Source of the DNA: an uncultured Actinomycetota bacterium
Lineage (GTDB): Bacteria; Actinomycetota; Actinomycetes; Propionibacteriales; Nocardioidaceae
Direction: 5' to 3'
Assembly (NCBI GenBank): GCA_963790225.1
Contig: CAWBNX010000003.1
Location: forward strand, 151,044-215,043
DNA length: 64,000 bases
Part shown: piece by piece, positions 38,201 to 48,164 of the stretch
Layout: each line of letters opens with the position of its first letter
Numbering within the stretch: the stretch's first letter is position 1
Notes under the pieces: generated by a model
What the model saw: only the letters and a program-made list of their open reading frames with translations
Databases searched by the model: none
Told to the model about the DNA's origin: nothing
Translations under genes and position numbers: made by a program

Positions 38201-40189
38201 GGCGCCTGGGAGTCGGTCAAGCGACACTTCCGCGAGATGGGCGTGGACTGCCAGAACGAGGACTTCACCTGCGTCGGCGTCGGCGACATGTCCGGCGACG
38301 TCTTCGGCAACGGCATGCTGCTCTCGGAGCACACCCGGCTGGTCGCTGCCTTCGACCACCGCGACATCTTCCTCGACCCGGACCCCGACCCGGCGGCGTC
38401 GTACGCCGAGCGCAAGCGGCTGTTCGAGCTGCCGCGCTCGAGCTGGGGCGACTACGACCGCGACGCCATCTCCGCCGGGGGCGGCATCCACTCCCGTCGT
38501 GCCAAGCGGATCGAGGTCACCGAGCAGGTGAGGGCCGCGCTGTCGCTGCCCGACGACGTGACCTCGATGGCGCCCAACGAGCTGATGAGGGCGATCCTGC
38601 TGGCCCGCGTCGACCTGCTGTGGAACGGCGGGATCGGCACCTACGTCAAGGCCTCGACCGAGACCAACGCGGAGGTGGGTGACAAGACCAACGACGCGAT
38701 CCGGGTCGACGGCCGACAGCTGCGCTGCCGCTCGGTGGGAGAGGGCGGCAACCTCGGCCTCACGCAGCGTGGGCGCATCGAGTACGCCCTCCACGGGGCC
38801 GGCGGTGAGGGCGGGCGCATCAACACCGACTTCATCGACAACTCCGCCGGGGTGGACACCTCCGACCACGAGGTCAACATCAAGATCCTCCTCGACCGGG
38901 TGGTCGCGGCCGGCGACCTGACCGAGAAGCAGCGCAACGACCTCCTCGCCTCGATGACCGACGAGGTCGGGGCGCTGGTGCTCGTCGACAACTACGAGCA
39001 GAACGTCGCGCTGGCCTCGGCGGTGCTCCAGGCCCCGGCCCTCATGCACGTCCACGAGGACTGGATGCAGCGTCTGGAGCGTCAGGGCCTGCTGGACCGG
39101 GAGCTGGAGTTCCTGCCCTCCACCGAGCAGGTCACCGAGCGGATCGAGCGCCATCAGGGCCTGACCGCCCCGGAGCTGGCGGTGCTCATGTCCTACACGA
39201 AGATCGTGCTGGCCGACGACATCGTGGAGACCGACCTGCCCGACGACCCGTTCCTGCTCGAGGACCTGCACGAGTACTTCCCGAGCACCATGCGGGAGAA
39301 GTACCAGGAGCAGATCGAGAACCACCCGCTGCGCCGGCAGATCATCACCACCCAGGTGGTGAACTTCCTCGTCAACGGGGCCGGCATCACCTACCACCAC
39401 CGGCTCTCGGAGGAGACCGCGGCGTCGGCGGTGGAGCTGATCCGGGCGAACTTCGTGGCCCGGGAGATCTTCGGGTCGCGGCCCTTCGTGGATCGCGTCT
39501 ACGCCCTCGACAACACCATCGAGGCCCAGGTGCAGCTGCGCATGCGCATCGAGATGCGCACGCTGGTGGAGCGGGCCTCACGGTGGCTGGTCAACAACCG
39601 GCGGCCCCCGCTGGACAGCCGGGCCACGGTCGACTTCTTCCGCGACGATGCCAACGCGGTGCTGGACGCCCTGCCGGAGGTGCTCACGGGTCTGGAGAAG
39701 CAGGCCTTCGAGGAGCGGCGCCGGGCCCTGCTCGCCCAAGGGGTGGCCGACGACCTGGCCGAGCGGGTCGCGGTGCTGCCGCCGGCGTACGCCGTGCTGA
39801 CGATCGTCGAGACCGCGACCCGCGACGAGCTCGACCCCGTCGAGGTGGCACGGCTGCACTTCGCCCTGGGCGAGCGTCTCGAGCTCTCGCGGCTGGTGGC
39901 GCGCATCCTCACCCTGCCCCGGGACGACCGCTGGCAGACCATGGCTCGGGCGGCGCTGCGCGACGACCTCCACACGGTGCACGGGACCCTGACGGCGCAG
40001 GTGCTGACCACCACGTCCTCACAGATGTCGGTCGCCGAGCGCATCGAGCAGTGGGAGGAGCAGGACGAGGTCATGGTCAATCGCGCCGTGGAGACGCTGC
40101 GTGAGATCTGCGGCGACGACAGGGCCGACCTGGCGCGGATGTCGGTGGGTCTCCGTGTGGTGCGGACCCTGCTGGCCTCGGGCGCCTAG
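35203..40189 (+). CDS. gdhB: Large NAD-specific glutamate dehydrogenase, about four frameshifts
   Basis: DDMSFLVDS, ARGGLRWSDR, KAQMVKN, VAADKGTA, GDMSGDVFGNG and DNSAGVD spread over ORFs 35152, 35684, 35865, 36301 and 37598. Confidence 0.95.
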
Positions 40190-40249
40190 GGAGCAGGGAC
40201 GCGTGACCTGATCCGGGCACCGACGGCGACGTCACGTCGCTCCTGCTCC
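40190..40249 (+). terminator. Long GC hairpin after gdhB
   Basis: GGAGCAGG..CGTGAC pairs with GTCACG..CCTGCTCC. Confidence 0.5.
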
Positions 40250-40280
40250 GGCGGGGCTGACCAGCCGCTACGGTTCGTCG

Positions 40281-41754
40281 ATGACCACCAGCGACTCACC
40301 GGCTCCCGGTGTCCCCACCGTCCCGCACCTTCCCGAGGAGCCCACCCGGGGTGGCGTGGCGGCCCAGGTCGAGGCGATCGCGACGTCCCGGATGACGGCG
40401 GCCGACCTGCTCGAGTCGACGCTCGCGCGCATCGCCGCGCTCGACCCGCACCTCAACGCCTTCACCTCGGTGCTCACCGACGAGGCGCGCGCGGAGGCGG
40501 CCTCCCGCGACGCCGCCCAGCAGCGCGGTGAGCCCCTGGGACCGCTGCACGGTGTGCCGGTCGCGATCAAGGAGGAGAACGTGGTCGCCGGCACGGTGAC
40601 CACCTTCGGCGGGGCGGCCAACCGCACGCCGGCCACCGAGGACGGCCACGTCGCGCGCCGGCTGCGCGCTGCCGGAGCCGTCGTGGTGGGCAAGACGAAC
40701 ATGCCGGAGTTCGGGATCTACCCCTTCACCGAGTCGGCGCGGCACGGCATCACCCGCAACCCGTGGCGGACCGACCACACCCCGGGCGGGTCGAGCGGCG
40801 GCACGGCGGCCGCGGTCGCCAGCGGCATGGTGAGCGTGGCCATCGGTGGCGACGGCGGCGGTTCGATCCGGATCCCGTCGGCCTGCTGCGGTCTCTTCGG
40901 GCTCAAGCCCAGCCGGGGCCTGGTGTCCTCCGCGCCCCACGCGGACCTGTGGACCGCGTTGGGGACCGTCGGCCCCCTCACCCGCTCGGTCCTCGACAGC
41001 GCCCTGGTCTACGACGTGATCCGGGGCAACGAGCCCAGCGACCGGTGGACCGCACCCGAACCGGGCTCGTCGTACGCCGACGCGGCGCGGCTGGCCGCGG
41101 ACGGCGACCAGCGGCGGCTGAGGATCGGTTGGTCGATCGACGCCCGCGACGCGCGGCATGAGGCCGCCGGCCGAGCACGTCGCCGCGGTCGAGGAGACGG
41201 CCGCGCTGCTCGAGGGACTGGGGCACGAGGTGTTCGAGATCGACCCGCGCTACCCGGACGCCACCGCGGCCTTCCTGCCCCAGCTGTTCGGCGGTCTGCG
41301 CGACGAGGCCGACATCGTCGAGGACCGCAGCCGGCTGGAGACGCGGACCAAGCAGGCGCTGGCGATGGGGGCCTGGGCCCGGCCCGGCCTGGTCAAGCGC
41401 GCGGTCGCCCGCGGCGAACGGATCGCGGCGACCGTCGACGAGCGGATCTTCTCCCGCTGCGACGTGCTGCTGACCCCGACCCTGGCCGAGCGCCCTCCGA
41501 CCGTCCCGGTGCTGGGTCGCAAGCCAGCTCCCGTGGCCCTGCTGCGGGCGATGCCGATGATCGCCTACACGGCGCTGTGGAACGTGACCGGGCACCCGGC
41601 CGCTGCGGTGCCGGCCGGGATCGCCGACGACGGCCTGCCGGTGTCGGTGCAGCTGATCGGGCGGCGTCACGACGAGGCGACGTTGTTCGCCCTGTCGGCC
41701 CAGGTCGAGTCCGTGCGGCCGTGGGCGAGCCGCTGGCCCGAGGTGGGCGCGTGA
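40281..41754 (+). CDS. Amidase signature family enzyme, frameshift near 41140
   Basis: GVPVAIKE, GKTNMPE, PGGSSGG, DGGGSIRIP and TGHPA. Confidence 0.92.
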
Positions 41755-42785
41755 GGGGTCCGCTGACGCTGCTGGTCCACACCCCGGTGACCCGGGCGCG
41801 ACGCGCCGCCGCAGTGCTGCCCGGCGTGCCGCTGCCGATCTCCTGGCTGGAGGGACGGCGGGTCCTGGTCACCGGTGCCTCCTCGGGCATCGGCGAGGCG
41901 ACGGCCCGCACCGCCGCCTGTCGGGGAGCCACCGTGCTGCTCGTGGCGCGCCGCGTCGAGGAGCTGCAACGGGTCCGCGACGCCATCGTCGTCGAGGGCG
42001 GCCGCGCCGAGAGCCACGCCTGCGACCTGACCGATCCCGATGCCGTGGACGGCCTGGTCCGCTGGGTGCTCGACGAGCACGGTGGCGTGGACGGCCTGGT
42101 CAACAACGCAGGCCGCTCGATCCGGCGCTCGCTGACGGCGTCCTACGAGCGGGTCCACGACGTGGAGCGGACGCTCGACCTCAACTTCGTCGCGCCCGTG
42201 CGCCTCACGCTCGGGCTGCTGCCGGGCATGGTCGAGCGCGGGGAGGGTCGTGTCGTCAACGTGCTGACGTGGGGCGTGCAGGTCAAGGCGCCGAAGTTCA
42301 GCGCCTACATCGCCTCCAAGAGCGCTCTCGACGTGTGGTCGCGCATCGCCGGCCGCGAGCTGTACGGCGACGGCGTGACGTTCTCCAACGTCCGGCTGTC
42401 CCTGGTGCGGACTCCGATGATCGGCCCGACCGACGCCTACCGCCGCGCACCCGCCCTCAGCCCCGAACGGGCGGCCGAGATCGTGGTGCGCGCCCTCGAG
42501 GAGCGACCGCTGACCGTCGACACGGTGGCCGGCCGGGTGGCCGAGGTGCTCAACCTCGTCCTGCCGCGCGTGAGCGACCTCGCGGCGTGGGCGGGTAGCC
42601 GGGTCTTCCCGGACTCACCAGCGGCCGTCCGCCACCTGGAGACCGGTGCTCCGCCCGAGGTGACTCCCAGCTGTCCAGCGCTGCTGACAGTTCGTGAACG
42701 ACCTGCGCCTATTGGCGTTCGGGGGGCGTCCCGTGGGGTGCGGGTGATGGCGATGCGGAAGCCGGGTTGTCGGTGGACGGTGTAG
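41751..42785 (+). CDS. SDR oxidoreductase (fatty acyl-CoA reductase-like); 3' end uncertain
   Basis: TGASSGIG, NNAGRSIRR, YIASK and VRTPMI. Confidence 0.85.
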   Translation: MRGPLTLLVHTPVTRARRAAAVLPGVPLPISWLEGRRVLVTGASSGIGEATARTAACRGATVLLVARRVEELQRVRDAIVVEGGRAESHACDLTDPDAVDGLVRWVLDEHGGVDGLVNNAGRSIRRSLTASYERVHDVERTLDLNFVAPVRLTLGLLPGMVERGEGRVVNVLTWGVQVKAPKFSAYIASKSALDVWSRIAGRELYGDGVTFSNVRLSLVRTPMIGPTDAYRRAPALSPERAAEIVVRALEERPLTVDTVAGRVAEVLNLVLPRVSDLAAWAGSRVFPDSPAAVRHLETGAPPEVTPSCPALLTVRERPAPIGVRGASRGVRVMAMRKPGCRWTV

Positions 42786-44231
42786 TCGGGGTGGTGGGCG
42801 AGGGTGTGGTGGCGTCCGCAGATGAGGACGCCGTCGTCGAGGTTGGTGTTGCCGTCGCGGATCCAGGGTTGGAGGTGGTGGGCGTCGCACCAGGCGGTGG
42901 GTCGTTCGCAGCCTTCGGCGGCGCAGCGGAAGCTCTGCCGGATCGCCATCGCGACTCGTTGGGGTTTGGAGAACAGTCGGCGGGTGCGGCCGTGGTCGAG
43001 GACCTCGCTGGTGGCGCCGAGGACGGCGGGGATGAGGCCGGCGTCGCACGCCATCCTGCGGGCTTCTCCGGGCGAGAGGCGGGTGCCGGTGTCCATGGTC
43101 GCCGCGGCGAGTCCACCTTCGAGGGTCGCCAGGGGGATGGTGACGACGACGGTGGCGCTGAGGCCGCCGGAGTGGGGCAGGCGGTTCGGGTCGAGGGTCT
43201 CGATGAGGCGGCAGAACGCCTCACCCATCACCCGCTGGTTCGCCTTCGGGGTCCGGGTGGCCGCGACTCGGTGCCCTCGCTGCCCTCGGTGCCCTCGGTG
43301 CCCGTGCCGGCAACCTGGTGGGCGTCGGCTGCTGCTGGGACTGGTGCTCGTGCTGGTGGTGCGGCAGATCGCGTCGGTGAGGCTGGGGTTGGCGATGGCG
43401 TGCAGGGCGGTGCGGAGCATGTCGGCGTGGCGGGTGGAGAGGGTGACGTTGAGGTGGGTGGTGCCTGCGTGGTCGTCCCAGGTCGTGAGCCAGGTGTGGG
43501 CGTCGGCGGCGTCCTGCTCGGCCTGCAGCCGGGTGGCTTCGAGGGCTTCGGCGGCGTCGGGGTCGATGACCTCCAGCAACCGTCGTCCCAGGACGCGGAG
43601 CTGGTCGGCGTCGAGGCGGCGGGCTTCGGCGAGCATCACCTTCTCCGCCCGGTCACCGATCCGCCGGCTCCAGGGTCGTCGGGAGCTTCTTGACCGCCGC
43701 CACGACGACCTCGGCCTGGGTGGCGTCGATGTCGCCGGCCAGCAGCGCTGACCCGGTCGCGGTGAACGTCGGTGGTGAGGTCGCGGCTGTGGCGGACCTG
43801 CCCGCGGGCGACCCGGCCCGGGACCAGGGCGCGGTGGGCCAGCCAGGCGGCGGTGTTCACCGGCGCCGGGCCGTCGGCCTGGAGCGTGGACGTGCGAGCT
43901 GGTCGGCGTGGGCCAGCAGCGCGAGCTGCAGCCCCTTGAGCCGCGCCGAGGACCTCGTGCAGCTCCAGCACGGCTTCGCCGGCCTCGACAGGCGTTCAGG
44001 CACCCCAACGCGACACCGTCGACACCCCCGGCGGTGGCGTCACCCACCGCAGCCAGCAAGGTGGCGGTGAAGCGGTGCATCCGCTGGGTCCGTGCCTCGA
44101 CCGGGGAGAAACCACGCCACCGACCCTCACCCGCCACAGCGCCCCGCACCGGGCGTCGCGGCGAAGGCCTCCCCGGAGGGCTCTCCCGGGGCAGACCCGT
44201 CCTCCGGCTCGGGGTTCGGGTGCTGCTCCAT
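42709..44231 (-). mobile_element. DUF222 / 13E12-repeat family HNH endonuclease, several frameshifts; ends approximate
   Basis: ARRMACDA..IPAVL....EVLD.GRT.RLF and C...GC.RP.AWCDAHH..PW...G.T.LDDGVLIC..HH...H; strong GT/AC strand skew. Confidence 0.85.
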
Positions 44232-44237
44232 GACTCG

Positions 44238-44259
44238 ACGATGCCAGGGCGCACCGACA
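44238..44259 (-). promoter_or_regulatory. RecA-NDp / PafBC-type DNA damage promoter of the HNH gene
   Basis: Minus strand TGTCGG-N10-CATCGT, then 6 nt to the ATG; one mismatch to TGTCGG-N10-TANNNT. Confidence 0.6.
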
Positions 44260-44369
44260 GTTTGAGCCCCAGAACGGGCCCTCTGAGAAATCTTTGGAAA
44301 GAAATGTTGTCCTGTGAACAAAACGGGCCGGCTCGATCGTGCTCGCCCGGGTCCACCTGGTGCGTGAGC

Positions 44370-45333
44370 TCAGGCTGACTTCTTGGCCTGCTTCTTCGCG
44401 GCAGTCTTCTTGGTGGACTTCTTCGCCGCTGGCTTGTCCGAGGACTTCTTGGCCGCCTTCTTGGTGGCCTTCTTGGCCGGTTTGCTCGCGGCCTCGTCGT
44501 CTGCGTCGTCTCGTCGTCTGCGTCGTCGCGTCGTCCTCGTCGTCTGCGTCCTCGCCCCGAGCGGTCTTGGCCGCGGCCACCGACTTCTGCAGCGCAGCGA
44601 GCAGGTCCACGACCTGGCCCGCCTCGGGCTCGGGCTCCTTGGTCCGCGTGACCTCGCCGCCCTCGAGCTTGGCCTTCACCAGCTCACGAACCGCGGCGGC
44701 GTAGTCGTCCTCGAAGTCGGCGGCGTCGTAGTCGCCGGCGAGGGTGTCGAGGAGCAGCTTGGCCATCTCGACCTCCTGCGGCTTCGGGTCCTCGACCTCG
44801 GCGAGCAAGGAGAACGCCGGCTCACGGATCTCGTCAGGCCACAAAAGGGTCTGCATGACAAGAACGTCGTCGCGCACGCGAAGGACGGCCGGGGTCATGC
44901 GGGTCCGGATCGACACGGTGACGACGGCGACCCGGTCGCTCTCGCGCAGGGCGTCGCGCAGGAGGGCGTAGGGCTTGGTGCCGCTCTTCTCGGGCTCGAG
45001 GTAGTAGGGCTTGTCCAGCTGCATCGGGTCGATCTGGTCCGAGGGCACGAACTTCTCGACGGAGATCTCACGGCTGCTGTTGGCCGGCAGCTCGGCGAGG
45101 TCCTCGTCGTCGAGGATGACCATCTCGCCGTCCTCGGTCTCGTAGCCCTTGGCGATGTCGGCGTAGGCGACCTCCTCGCCGTCGACCGAGCAGATCCTCT
45201 GGTACTTGATCCGCCCGCCGTCCTTGGCGTGGACCTGCCGAAAGCTGATGTCATGACTCTCGGTGGCCGAGTACAGCTTGACGGGCACGCTCACCAGGCC
45301 GAAGGAGACCGCGCCTTTCCAGATCGCTCGCAT
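44370..45333 (-). CDS. ku: Ku NHEJ end-binding protein with Lys/Ala-rich tail, frameshift in the acidic linker near 44510
   Basis: MRAIWKGAVSFGLVSVPVKLY, IAKGYE, PYYLEP and VVDLLAAL; AKKS-type tail. Confidence 0.95.
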
Positions 45334-45367
45334 GTGGACACGGTACCCACTACGACAGGATGGGGAC

Positions 45368-46343
45368 ATGCGTCCGATGCTCGCCACCAAGGCGACCCAC
45401 GACAGCGGGCCGCCTCGCGGCCCGGGATGGGTCCACGAGGTGAAGTGGGACGGGATGCGCGTGATCGTCTCGGTGACCTCCGGTGTCCTGCGGATCACCT
45501 CCCGCAACGAGAACGACGTGACCGTGTCCTTCCCCGAGCTGGCCGGTCTGGCGGACCGGTCGGTGGTGGGCGGGCACGACATCGTCCTGGACGGCGAGGT
45601 GGTCGCCTTCGACGACAGCGGAGTGCCGCGCTTCGGTGCGCTGGCCGACCGCATCCACGTCAAGAACGCCCGTCGGGCCGAGGATCTCGTCGCGGTCCGC
45701 CCCGTCACCCTCATGGTCTTCGACCTGCTGGCCCTCGACGGACTCGACGTCACCGGCCTGCCCTGGTCGGATCGGCGCTGCCGCGCTCGAGGGTCTGGAG
45801 CTCCAGGGCAGCCACTGGCAGACCCCGCCGACGTACGACGACGGCGACGTGCTCGCCGAGGTGACCCTGACCCAGGGGCTCGAAGGTGTCGTGAGCAAGC
45901 GCCGGTCCTCGGTCTACCGTCCCGGGCAGCGCTCGAAGGACTGGCTGAAGCTGCCGCACCGACCGACCGGTTCGTACGTCGTCGGCGGCTGGCGCCCGGA
46001 GACCGGCGGCCGCGACCGGCTGGGTGCGGTGCTGGTGGGGGAGCCGACCGCCGAGGGGTTGGTGTTCCGGGGTCGGGTCGGCAGCGGGCTGGCGGGCAAG
46101 GCGGGGGAGCGGCTGGCGCCGCTGCTGGCACCGCTGGCCGCCGAGACCTCTCCGTTCCTGGACCCGGTGCCCCGCGAGGATGCCGTCGGCGCCCGGTGGG
46201 TCCGCCCCGAGCTGGTCGTCGAGGTGGCGTCGTTGGGGTTCACGCCGCAGCACCGGCTGCGGCAGCCGGCGTACCTCGGTCTGCGCCCCGACGTCGGCGC
46301 CGCCGATCTGGGGGCCGAGGCGAAGGGGGAACGTGGTGGCTGA
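45368..46343 (+). CDS. ligD: ATP-dependent DNA ligase (LigD ligase domain, standalone), frameshift near 45780
   Basis: PMLA, EVKWDGMR, LDGEVV, FDLL, EGVVSK, WLK, G.VGSG and LRQP. Confidence 0.9.
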
Positions 46344-47250
46344 GGTGGCTCGCGAAGAGGTGCGCGTCGAGGTCGACGGCCAGGCGTTGACGCTGAGCAA
46401 CCTCGGCAAGGTGCTCTACCCCGACACCGGGACGACGAAGGCCGAGGTGATCGACTACTACGCGCGGATCGCGCCGGTCCTGCTGCCGCACCTGGAGGGT
46501 CGGGCGGTGACCCGGGTGAGGTGGCCGCACGGCAGCGGCGACCAGTCGTTCTTCGAGAAGAACCTCCAGTCGCGCGCACCTCGGTGGCTGCGCCGCGTGG
46601 AGGTGCCCTCGACGGGGTCGCGCACCGGGTCGCCCGGCATGCTCACCTTCCCGGTGATCGAGTCGGTGGCGGCGTTGACCTACCTGGCCAACCTGGCCGC
46701 GCTGGAGCTGCACGCCCACCAGTGGCGCTTCGACGACGCCGGCCGGCCGGTCAACCCCGACCGCATGGTCATCGACCTCGATCCGGGCCAGCCGGCGGGC
46801 CTGCACGAGTGCGCCCGGGTGGCGCTGCTGGTGCGCGAGCGGCTGGGCGCGCTGGGGCTCGACGCGGCGCCCGTCACCAGCGGAAGCAAGGGTTTGCACC
46901 TCTACGCGCCCATGCCTGGTGACCTCACCACCGACCAGGTGCGCGACGCGGCCAGGCAGATCGCCGAGGGGCTGGAGGAGGAGCACGGCACGCTCGTGAT
47001 CTCCTCCATGACCAAGGCCCGCCGGACCGGCAAGGTGTTCCTCGACTGGTCGCAGAACACCGGCTCCAAGACCACGATCAGCCCGTACTCGCTGCGCGGC
47101 ACGCTGACGCCGTACGTCGCTGCGCCGCGGACCTGGGAGGAGATCGAGGAGGGTGCCGAGGACGAGCTGGCCCTCGACCAGCTGCGCTTCGACGAGGTGC
47201 TCGCGCGCGTGGAGGAGCACGGCGACCTCTTCGGCGACCTGCTCGGCTAG
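46336..47250 (+). CDS. ligD: LigD polymerase (primase-polymerase) domain, standalone
   Basis: LSNL.KVLYP, R.P.G, FFEKN, DLDP, SGSKGLH, VFLDWSQN and PYSLR. Confidence 0.92.
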   Translation: MAEVAREEVRVEVDGQALTLSNLGKVLYPDTGTTKAEVIDYYARIAPVLLPHLEGRAVTRVRWPHGSGDQSFFEKNLQSRAPRWLRRVEVPSTGSRTGSPGMLTFPVIESVAALTYLANLAALELHAHQWRFDDAGRPVNPDRMVIDLDPGQPAGLHECARVALLVRERLGALGLDAAPVTSGSKGLHLYAPMPGDLTTDQVRDAARQIAEGLEEEHGTLVISSMTKARRTGKVFLDWSQNTGSKTTISPYSLRGTLTPYVAAPRTWEEIEEGAEDELALDQLRFDEVLARVEEHGDLFGDLLG

Positions 47251-47912
47251 AGGCGCGCCGGGGTCCGCGACACTGCCGCGTCCACGTAGCCGTCCTCGAC
47301 CGCGCGCTGCAGCAGCTCGATGCGCGTCTTCACCGGGCGGCCGAGGGCGGCGTACTTCCCGCGGATCCGCTTCAGGTGCTCCTTGATGGTCGACTCGGCG
47401 AGGTCGAGCTGGCGGGCGACCTGCTTGCTGACCATGCCGCGGTAGAGCAGCGTGAGGACCTCGATCTCCCGGGTGGTCAGCTGGGGCCGGGTGGTGCGCG
47501 AGGAGTGCAGCAGCGAGGCCAGCTCGACCGAGAGGTAGGACTCGCCGGAGCCCACAGCCGTGACCGCGGTGAGGAACTGCTCGACGGGCTGGTGCTTGAA
47601 GACGATGCCGCGGGCTCCGGCGCTGACGGCCTCCGACATCAGGGCGACGTGATGGCCGTCGGTCTGCACGAGGACCTGAGCGCCGCTGGCGCGCAGGGCG
47701 GTCACGTTGTCGGTCAGCGTCGAGCCGTCGAGCAGGCGGATGCCGAGGATCGCGACGTGGGCGGAGTGCTGGGCCGGGTCGAGCTCGGCGACCGTGTGCG
47801 CGGCGCCGACCAGCCGTAGGCGTCGCCGCGTGTGCTGGGTGGCGCACTCGATCCCGAGCAGCGTCAGGGGTTGCTCGTCGACGGCGACGACCCGGATCTC
47901 CTCCGGCGCCAT
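47247..47912 (-). CDS. Atypical NarL/LuxR response regulator (Gly at the phosphoacceptor position)
   Basis: VAVDEQ, VAILGIRL, GIVFK and LTTRE...TIKEHLKRIR.KY. Confidence 0.85.
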   Translation of the reverse strand: MAPEEIRVVAVDEQPLTLLGIECATQHTRRRLRLVGAAHTVAELDPAQHSAHVAILGIRLLDGSTLTDNVTALRASGAQVLVQTDGHHVALMSEAVSAGARGIVFKHQPVEQFLTAVTAVGSGESYLSVELASLLHSSRTTRPQLTTREIEVLTLLYRGMVSKQVARQLDLAESTIKEHLKRIRGKYAALGRPVKTRIELLQRAVEDGYVDAAVSRTPARL

Positions 47913-48064
47913 GGCTGTACCCCCGTCCTCCACGCCTCTGGGGTCGTAGATACCCGGGCCGTACTGAGGAAATCGGGACTTTCGTCCCGCTCTGAGTAAA
48001 GTTTTGTGCCCCTGACCTGCAGGTTCACCATGGGTGTCGCCCCGACGGCACCTGCGTCCGGAAG

Positions 48065-48118
48065 TTATCCACAGGTCGGGGAGCGGGGGCTGTGCCGGAA
48101 GGTAAAGAGGCGAAGACT
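48065..48118 (+). promoter_or_regulatory. Perfect DnaA-box-like TTATCCACAG plus putative -10 AAGACT of the tad operon
   Basis: Box at 48065-48074, hexamer at 48113-48118, in an AT-rich divergent intergenic region. Confidence 0.5.
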
Positions 48119-48164
48119 CGGCGGTGACCATTGACCAGGTGAGCCGACGAGGGGGACGTTCGAC

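Noticed and set aside
40281-42785. 834 aa amidase-SDR fusion
   Set aside because: Artefact of a frameshift at ~41140; the amidase finishes in ORF 41158-41754 with a GTGA overlap to the SDR gene.
43267-43303. CRISPR array or functional repeat (also 2743-2785 and 44495-44550)
   Set aside because: These are 9-10 bp tandem units without spacers, i.e. slippage repeats in low-complexity linkers or intergenic DNA.
48065-48073. Replication origin because of a perfect DnaA box
   Set aside because: Single box with no cluster and no dnaA/dnaN; kept only as a promoter motif.
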